A stretch of 64,000 bases of DNA from Candidatus Omnitrophota bacterium (GTDB taxonomy: Bacteria > Omnitrophota > Omnitrophia > Omnitrophales > Aquincolibacteriaceae): NCBI GenBank assembly GCA_043821445.1, contig JBDRCT010000017.1, positions 5,679-69,678 of the forward strand, written 5' to 3'. A program made the position numbers and the translations under genes. Position 1 is the first letter of the stretch, and each line of letters starts with the position of its first letter. Below, piece by piece: positions 57,672 through 64,000 of the stretch. The notes under the pieces were generated by a model. The model searched no databases and had not been told where the DNA came from. It worked only from the letters and a program-made list of their open reading frames with translations.

Positions 57672-58769
57672 CTACCCTTTTCTCTTATAAAAAGGTAGTG
57701 AAACCAGAACGGCCTCCACGGGTTTCCCGCGCACTAGCACTTCGATCGCGTTCCCGGTCTTGGCCTCCGCCGCCGGCACATAACCCATACCGATATTCTT
57801 GCCCGTGGTCGGAATGAAACTGCCGCTTGTGACCATTCCGATCGTTTTGCCGTTTTTTTGGATCTCAAAACCTTGACGCGGAATGCCCCGCCCGATCATT
57901 TCAAAACCGATCCTTTTTTTCAGGATCCCCATTGCCTTCTGTTTTTTGAGAACTGCGTTTCCCGGGAACTCGTCTTTGGTCAGATCGATCGCCCATTCCA
58001 GGTCTGCCTCAAGCGGCGTAATCTCATCCGTGAGCTCGTGCCCGTAAAGCGGCATCGCGGCTTCCAGACGCAACGTGTCGCGCGCACCGAAACCGATCGG
58101 TAAAAGCCCGTGCTTGGCTCCCATACGGGAAAGAACGTCCCAGACTTGCTTTAGCTTGTATTTGGGGACCATGATTTCGTAGCCGTCTTCGCCCGTATAT
58201 CCCGTCCTCGCGATAATGCCCCCCTCAAAATCCTTGTAATGAAAACGGCGGAGATCTTTATAAAAAGCCCCGAAACATTCGAGAAGGATCGTCTGACTCA
58301 AAGGTCCCTGAAGCGCCAAGAGCCCCATCGTATGGCTCAAGTCCGTAAGGGTCACTCCTCGCGTCACGCGGGTATTGAACCATTCGAAATCTTTCTCGAT
58401 ATTGCCGGCATTTACAATGATGAGGAACTTTTGTTTGTCCATGCGGTAAACGATGATGTCATCTATCATGCCGCCCCGGTCGTTCACAAGCGGCATGTAG
58501 AACGCCTGGCTGAATTGGAGAGGAGCGATGCGCCGCGGCAGGTTCTTTTCAAGATAGTCCAGCACACCGGGGCCTTCGACAAGAAATTCCCCCATGTGGG
58601 AAATATCAAAGATGCCCGCCTTGTTACGAACGGCGGTGTGTTCTTCCATGATGCTGGCGTAAAAGAGCGGGACAAGCCATCCCCCGAAATCGCCCATCCG
58701 GGCGCCTTTTCGGAGATGTTCATCGTGCAACGGAAGCTTCTTCGGTTCTGTCTCTAACGTCATGGTCAT
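57672..58769 (-). CDS. gcvT: Aminomethyltransferase (GCS T protein)
   Basis: FDISHMG, RTGYTGEDGYE, GARDTLRLEA..LYGHE. Confidence 0.97.
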   Translation of the reverse strand: MTMTLETEPKKLPLHDEHLRKGARMGDFGGWLVPLFYASIMEEHTAVRNKAGIFDISHMGEFLVEGPGVLDYLEKNLPRRIAPLQFSQAFYMPLVNDRGGMIDDIIVYRMDKQKFLIIVNAGNIEKDFEWFNTRVTRGVTLTDLSHTMGLLALQGPLSQTILLECFGAFYKDLRRFHYKDFEGGIIARTGYTGEDGYEIMVPKYKLKQVWDVLSRMGAKHGLLPIGFGARDTLRLEAAMPLYGHELTDEITPLEADLEWAIDLTKDEFPGNAVLKKQKAMGILKKRIGFEMIGRGIPRQGFEIQKNGKTIGMVTSGSFIPTTGKNIGMGYVPAAEAKTGNAIEVLVRGKPVEAVLVSLPFYKRKG

Positions 58770-58858
58770 ATGGAAAAAAACCAGATTGATTGAAAAAAGA
58801 AGAGAAAAGTCAGAGCGGGATTATAGAAGTTCGCCGAAGAAAAAGAAAGCCAAAAAAC

Positions 58859-60109
58859 TTAAAAGTAGTTGGTAATCCAAGCGCGGGCGGCAGTAGCGGT
58901 CTTGGCGATAAGACCGCGAGGGGTGAAGAGGGCTTCCTGGGCGCGCTTGTAGGTCATGATCCACCGGAACATGCCGAGCGCGGATGCCATAGACGGATCG
59001 CGGACAAGTTCCTGTGAAGCTTCCACGTGGCGTGAGATCCCGAGCTTTCCGTCACGCGAGAATTCCCTTTGGACCCACTCGAGAAAACCGTCCGTCATTA
59101 CCGCCCCCCCGGTGAAAAGGATGTGCGGATAACGGACTTTCTCGTCCTGCATGAAGCCATCCGCAGACTCCAGAATCTGGGTCATCCATCCATGCGCGTG
59201 TTTAAAGAATTTCTGAAGGAATTCCTTGCGCGAAATGGACTGCTGGACCTTCTCGTTACGCGTGACAAGCGGCACAAGTTCTTCACTTTCTTGTTCACGG
59301 GCGTCGAGTGTCGCAAATTTTTCCTTCACCTTCTCGGCATCCCGCTCCTCGATATTCCAGTCCTTGGCCAGGCATTGGGTGAGATAGTGTCCGCCCGTCG
59401 GGAGCGTCCGCACTCCGGTCAAAAGACCATTTTTCCAAAGCACCAGCTGCGTCGCATCGTCCGCAATGTCCAGGATCATGCCCCCTTCCTGTTTCTCGGC
59501 ATCCCCCAGCACGGCCTCGGACAGCGGTAAAATCTTCGGGAAATAGCCCTCCACATCGAGATCCAACGTCTCAAAGATCTTGGCAATATTACGAAAAGCC
59601 TGAAATTCCATGGTATAGATCTGAAGCGTCACTCCCAGACGCTCGGCCTCGAGACCCACGGGATTGCGCACCGCCGGCATATCATTCACGAGAAAAGATT
59701 CCGGAATAGCCTGCAAGATCGATTCGTTCAGAGGCAGCGTGGCGACATTCCTCGTTTGCTGGACCACGGATTGGATCTCATGCGAGCTGATCGTACGCCG
59801 TTCGGGAGAATAATATTCGCAGCTTGAGAATCGATACATCTTGAAACGGCTATTCCCAAGCACCACATAGATCGAGACCTGTTCCCAGGCCTCGGATGGC
59901 AAAAGTGCTTTCATCAACTTCTCAAGGGAGGTGCTCGCGTTCTGGAGATTCGAGACCAGTCCTTTTTCAAAACCCTCCGGAAACAAGACCTCTTCGTGAC
60001 GAAGCACCTGTGGATGGCTGCCGCCCGTATCTCCCAACATCACCGTCAACTTCCGGGTACCGATATAAACAACCACGCATTTGTTCTTCAGATCGACCGG
60101 AATGTTCAT
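58859..60109 (-). CDS. ftsA: Cell division protein FtsA (divergent)
   Basis: Follows ftsQ; SHS2 1C region (V.NPVGL...RL), L...EKQEG..ILDI, AEKVKEKF, FTGG, amphipathic C-terminal W...F. Confidence 0.85.
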   Translation of the reverse strand: MNIPVDLKNKCVVVYIGTRKLTVMLGDTGGSHPQVLRHEEVLFPEGFEKGLVSNLQNASTSLEKLMKALLPSEAWEQVSIYVVLGNSRFKMYRFSSCEYYSPERRTISSHEIQSVVQQTRNVATLPLNESILQAIPESFLVNDMPAVRNPVGLEAERLGVTLQIYTMEFQAFRNIAKIFETLDLDVEGYFPKILPLSEAVLGDAEKQEGGMILDIADDATQLVLWKNGLLTGVRTLPTGGHYLTQCLAKDWNIEERDAEKVKEKFATLDAREQESEELVPLVTRNEKVQQSISRKEFLQKFFKHAHGWMTQILESADGFMQDEKVRYPHILFTGGAVMTDGFLEWVQREFSRDGKLGISRHVEASQELVRDPSMASALGMFRWIMTYKRAQEALFTPRGLIAKTATAARAWITNYF

Positions 60110-60921
60110 GATTTCCTTTTAACCGCCACGCGGTCGTATTGCAGGTCCATGTATTCAACATTCTCACGCGGCTCGGTCTTTAAAAGATAGACGGCATTGG
60201 TGAGGGAGGCGATGGCTTCAGATGCTTTGCGACCAAGCTTAAAATCCGGCCCTTCCCCCAGCCTGACCGTCACATATCCGTTCGGATCCAGACTGATCCG
60301 GGTCACGGTCTCGTGACGCGCAAGCTCATGTTTCCGGAAAACTTTCATGAATCGTAAGGCTTCAGCAAAACCTTTGTTTTGGAGACGCGCGCCGATCCGG
60401 GGTTCTTTGAACGGTTCGCTGAAATCCTCCATAAGGATCCATGTAGGATCAAGTGCCGGACGGATCTCGATGATGAAGCCGTCGTCCGCCGCGATCGCAT
60501 AGGGACCTCCCGGCTTCAGCTGCACATTCACGACGGGCCTGCGTTTCTGGATCTCGACACGGATCGTCGTCGGCATCTCGCGGACCACACGCACGCTTTG
60601 TGCTCCGGGTCCGAGCTCGATCGTGTTTGCGATCTTTTTCAGATCGAGCAGCAGGATATTCTTGCCGAGGATCTTATCTTCGAGTGTGCGGATACTCTGA
60701 GGCGAAAGGGCGTCCGGCGGAACAACCTGGATGGACTGTACTCTGAGCCAACGATCCTCGCACAAACCTTTCTTCACGACAAGACCGGCATAGACCAGCG
60801 CCCCGGCGATCACCGCAACCGGAAGTAATTTCCAAACAAGCCAGCCGATCCCACGGAACATCGCTCCGAGCGAAGAAAAGAACCACCCCTTTTTACCTTT
60901 TTTGAACTTTTTCCTGCCCAT
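60106..60921 (-). CDS. ftsQ: Cell division protein FtsQ/DivIB
   Basis: Basic N-terminus, single TM, POTRA-like region (V.REMP.TI.V.I..R.P), C-terminal YMDLQY. Confidence 0.88.
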   Translation of the reverse strand: MGRKKFKKGKKGWFFSSLGAMFRGIGWLVWKLLPVAVIAGALVYAGLVVKKGLCEDRWLRVQSIQVVPPDALSPQSIRTLEDKILGKNILLLDLKKIANTIELGPGAQSVRVVREMPTTIRVEIQKRRPVVNVQLKPGGPYAIAADDGFIIEIRPALDPTWILMEDFSEPFKEPRIGARLQNKGFAEALRFMKVFRKHELARHETVTRISLDPNGYVTVRLGEGPDFKLGRKASEAIASLTNAVYLLKTEPRENVEYMDLQYDRVAVKRKS

Positions 60922-60927
60922 GGAGAA

Positions 60928-61893
60928 TTATTTCTTTCCTTTTCGTTCGTAAGCATCCGCAAGAACACGCAAGCACAATTCCTCAAAACTGATTCCGACT
61001 GCCTGCGCCGCTTTCGGAAGAAGGCTGAATTCCGTAAGCCCGGGAATACTGTTCACCTCCAGCACATACGGCCGGTTCTTGCAATCCAACATCACATCCA
61101 CCCTTGAAAATCCCTTGAGCCCGAGACCCCGGTAAACCCGGTAGGCGATGGCCTGGATCTTTCGGGCGACCTTGGCCGGGATCTTGGCCGGCACTTCGTA
61201 GGTCGTCATCCCTTTGGTGTATTTCGCTTTGTAATCATAAAAGGGACGCGATGGCTTCACTTCCACGATGGGGAGCTTCAGGTGCCCCAAAAGTCCGGCC
61301 GTTAATTCGCGTCCGGCGATCTTTTTTTCGATCAAAAGCCTTCCGAACCGTAATACGGACCGTCTTAATCTTTCGGCTGATCTCTGAAAATCTTCAACCA
61401 AGAACACGCCCTGACTCGACCCTCCGTCAAGCGGTTTGGCAAAATAAGGCGTTGGGAACGCCGCGGCTACTTTGTGCCAATTTTTTTTATTGAGGATTGC
61501 GTACTCCGGTGTCGGAACACCAAACTTCGTAAAATGGCGTTTGCTGATCCCCTTATCAAAACTTTTCGCACAAGCACCGGAGGGCGAGCCCGTAAAAAGA
61601 AGGCCCTTCCGTTCCAGCATTTTTTGGAGCACGCCGTCCTCCCCGCCCTTACCGTGAAGGGCGATAAAAAGGATATCGACCTCGCGAATTTTCCGGGAAA
61701 AAGCCTTCCGATCGGCAGGATCGACCGGAAAGGCCGGAATGCCCACGCGCTTAAAAGCACGGGTCACCGCACGGCCGGAGCGGAGCGAAATGCGCCGTTC
61801 GGCCGAAAGGCCGCCACGCACCACGCCGATCTTAATTTTCTTGAACGATGCGAATTTCGAATTCGAAAGTAATTCCGCTTGCATGCAAAACAA
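60928..61893 (-). CDS. ddl: D-alanine--D-alanine ligase
   Basis: GGLSAERRISLRSG, ALHGKGGEDG, FYDYKAKY, LEVNSIPG. Confidence 0.96.
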   Translation of the reverse strand: MFCMQAELLSNSKFASFKKIKIGVVRGGLSAERRISLRSGRAVTRAFKRVGIPAFPVDPADRKAFSRKIREVDILFIALHGKGGEDGVLQKMLERKGLLFTGSPSGACAKSFDKGISKRHFTKFGVPTPEYAILNKKNWHKVAAAFPTPYFAKPLDGGSSQGVFLVEDFQRSAERLRRSVLRFGRLLIEKKIAGRELTAGLLGHLKLPIVEVKPSRPFYDYKAKYTKGMTTYEVPAKIPAKVARKIQAIAYRVYRGLGLKGFSRVDVMLDCKNRPYVLEVNSIPGLTEFSLLPKAAQAVGISFEELCLRVLADAYERKGKK

Positions 61894-61973
61894 CCTTTGG
61901 GACTTTCTTAATATTTTATGTTTATTTCATTCCGGATCTGGCACGCAAAACTGTGTGAAGCTCAACGGAAACG

Positions 61974-63383
61974 CTACGTTGAGGCGCAGGCGTCGAGGTG
62001 ACTCACGAACTCGCTGGCGATATCCCCGATGTCTCCCGCCCCCATAAAGATCATCACGCCATCTTTAAGCGGATGCTCCACCAGGAAAGGAAGGATCTGT
62101 TCTTTACGCACGACTGAAACGTGCTTGTGTCCAGTCTTCAAAACTTCCTGATAGACCAGCTCGACATTAACTCCGTCGGGATTAGGCTCCCCTGCGCTAT
62201 AAATATCCGTCAGAACGACTTCATCGGCATCATCGAACGCGTGGGCGAATTCCCGGTAAAGGTTCTTCGTACGGCTGTAACGATGAGGCTGAAAAATAAC
62301 ACGCACATACTTTCCAGCTTCGTGAAGGGCGCGCAATACCGCTTTGACCTCGGTCGGATGATGCGCGTAATCATCGAGCACCAGGAATTGCGAGGTCTGT
62401 CCTTTGAGCTCCATACGTCGCTTCGTTCCTTTGAACGTGGCCAGCGCTTCGCGAACCAGATCTAGATCGAATCCCAAATTCAATAGGATGGACAACGTCG
62501 CTAGGGCATTGGCGATGTTGTGGCGCCCCGGTACGGAAAGTTTCATGTGCGCGCTATAAAGACCGGACTCGAAAAGGTCGAATTCAGAACCGAATGCGTG
62601 AAGGCAAACATTTTGGGCCGAATAAATGCATTCCTCGGAAAACCCGAAATTAACGCAAGGACGGCCGCTCTCCCGCACCAGCATGTGAAGCGTCGGATCA
62701 TCGCCAAAATAAGCTACTAGCCCCGGATCCTGGACTTGCTCGAGGAAACGGCGGAACGAATCCGTCAAATTCTCCCAGGTACCATAATGATCCAGATGTT
62801 CAGGCTCGAGGTTCGTGATAATCGAATAATGGGGGGCATAAAATTCATGGGAACTATCGCTTTCGTCCACCTCGCTTACCCAATAATCGCGACCGCCAGC
62901 CACGATATTGGTATCATAATTGAGCATATCACTGCCTACGAAACAGGTGGGGTTCGCGCCGATCTGTGACAGCACGTGAGAAACCATGGCCGATGTTGTG
63001 GTCTTGCCGTGCGTCCCCAAGACCCCGATCGAGGTCTCGGCATGGTTGAGAAGCGAGGCAAGCACCTCAGCCCGGTGATGGACCTTGAGTCCGAGCCGCC
63101 GGGCCTCTTTGAGCTCCAGATGATCTCCACCAATCGCGGTGGAATAGATAATAAGATCGGCGTCTCCAAACCCGACTTTCTTTTGCCCGATATGGACCGG
63201 GATACCGAAGCGGCGGAGACTTTGCGTTACGAATGTTTCTTTGGAGTCGGAGCCGGAAACCGAAAGTCCCAGATGCTTCAAAATGCGCGCAAGCCCGCTC
63301 ATCCCGGAACCTCCGATCCCGATCAGATAGGCCGCACGACTTTCGCGGATTAGATTATCGTGTATGATCTTCATGGGTTTCAA
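61974..63383 (-). CDS. murC: UDP-N-acetylmuramate--L-alanine ligase
   Basis: IGIGGSGMSGLA, GTHGKTTT, EVDESD, DDYAHHPTE, FQPHRYSRT. Confidence 0.97.
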   Translation of the reverse strand: MKPMKIIHDNLIRESRAAYLIGIGGSGMSGLARILKHLGLSVSGSDSKETFVTQSLRRFGIPVHIGQKKVGFGDADLIIYSTAIGGDHLELKEARRLGLKVHHRAEVLASLLNHAETSIGVLGTHGKTTTSAMVSHVLSQIGANPTCFVGSDMLNYDTNIVAGGRDYWVSEVDESDSSHEFYAPHYSIITNLEPEHLDHYGTWENLTDSFRRFLEQVQDPGLVAYFGDDPTLHMLVRESGRPCVNFGFSEECIYSAQNVCLHAFGSEFDLFESGLYSAHMKLSVPGRHNIANALATLSILLNLGFDLDLVREALATFKGTKRRMELKGQTSQFLVLDDYAHHPTEVKAVLRALHEAGKYVRVIFQPHRYSRTKNLYREFAHAFDDADEVVLTDIYSAGEPNPDGVNVELVYQEVLKTGHKHVSVVRKEQILPFLVEHPLKDGVMIFMGAGDIGDIASEFVSHLDACAST

Positions 63384-64000
63384 TCAACTTTCGGGCTATT
63401 TCTATGAGTTCTTCCGTGGCCTTGGGCCGCGAGAGCTCTTTGATCGATCTTGCGATCCCTGCTAGGGATCCAGGATCTTCGATCGCTCGCCGCAGCTGGT
63501 CGACAAGCCAATCTTTCGCCCTGGAATCCTCTTCATGAAAGATCAGCCCGCCCTTTTCCGCGAAGCCTTGCGCATTGCGCTTTTGATGACCGCCTGCATG
63601 AGGATAAGGAATTACGAACGCCGGAACTCCGAATGCCGCTAATTCAAAAAGCGTATTTGCGCCGGCCCGGGTGATAGCAAGATCCGTCTTTTGAAAAAGC
63701 TCATCCATAGCGCTGTAAAACTCGTGCACTTCGTATGATAAAGCCAGCCGTTCGTAACGTTCCGCAACCCAAGCTTGGTCCTGTTTTCCCGTAATATGAA
63801 TAACGGCAATTTTGGATCTTTCTTCATCCGACAATGCCGCGATCGCGTCCGTGACCACCGCGTTTAAGCCCTGGGCGCCTTGCGAACCGCCGACCACAAG
63901 CAGGGTAAACGAACGCGGGACCGATTCCCCCGTCACTCGCACGGCCGCATCCACGATAAACGACCGCAAGGGCAGTCCTGTTGTGTAGAGCTTCTTAGGC
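63355..64000 (-). CDS. murG: MurG glycosyltransferase (partial, 5' end beyond right edge)
   Basis: TGLPLR, GGSQGA, HITG, RAGA.T..E, PYPHA..HQ..NA. Confidence 0.93.
   Translation of the reverse strand, partial: PKKLYTTGLPLRSFIVDAAVRVTGESVPRSFTLLVVGGSQGAQGLNAVVTDAIAALSDEERSKIAVIHITGKQDQAWVAERYERLALSYEVHEFYSAMDELFQKTDLAITRAGANTLFELAAFGVPAFVIPYPHAGGHQKRNAQGFAEKGGLIFHEEDSRAKDWLVDQLRRAIEDPGSLAGIARSIKELSRPKATEELIEIARKLIETHEDHTR

Noticed and set aside
58770-58858. Possible glycine riboswitch upstream of gcvT
   Set aside because: The intergenic region is only about 90 bp and lacks the aptamer motifs.

Overview
Bacterial chromosomal segment of moderate GC content in which every supported gene lies on the minus strand. 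Two PVC-restricted small-protein families and a giant gene of the type reported from Candidatus Omnitrophota (OP3) suggest that lineage; this is an inference. The right 37 kb is housekeeping: murG-murC-ddl-ftsQ-ftsA, gcvT-H-PA-PB, lipoate ligase, uvrD/pcrA, peptidases, batD/E, trpBA, ruvX, rpe, lepA, lepB, SPOR, PilZ and YajQ proteins, a cNMP-patatin and tRNA-Ala(CGC). The left part holds a 23.8 kb ORF (7941 aa), a RelE-type toxin-antitoxin pair and a partial nadE. The main candidate for an undescribed system is the giant protein. Its apparent order is: signal/TM, a ChaN/TIKI-like (putative metalloprotease) N-terminal domain, a TM bundle, three tandem TolC-like protomers, a long helical region, a Cgs/OpgH-like glycosyltransferase with many TMs, an HD domain and an Ala-rich C-terminus. 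Eight copies of an R-S-E-x-R motif sit in its linkers, consistent with a self-processing polyprotein. Other signals: a TIR element inserted twice into ATG start codons that regenerates a GTG start, a TA module sharing a terminal direct repeat (GKSA-stop) with the giant gene, two more palindromic repeat families (some in frame within genes), tRNA 3'-end-anchored repeats, a collapsed thiolase remnant, and a degenerate FtsA with no ftsZ behind it. All domain calls come from reading motifs by eye, not from database searches.
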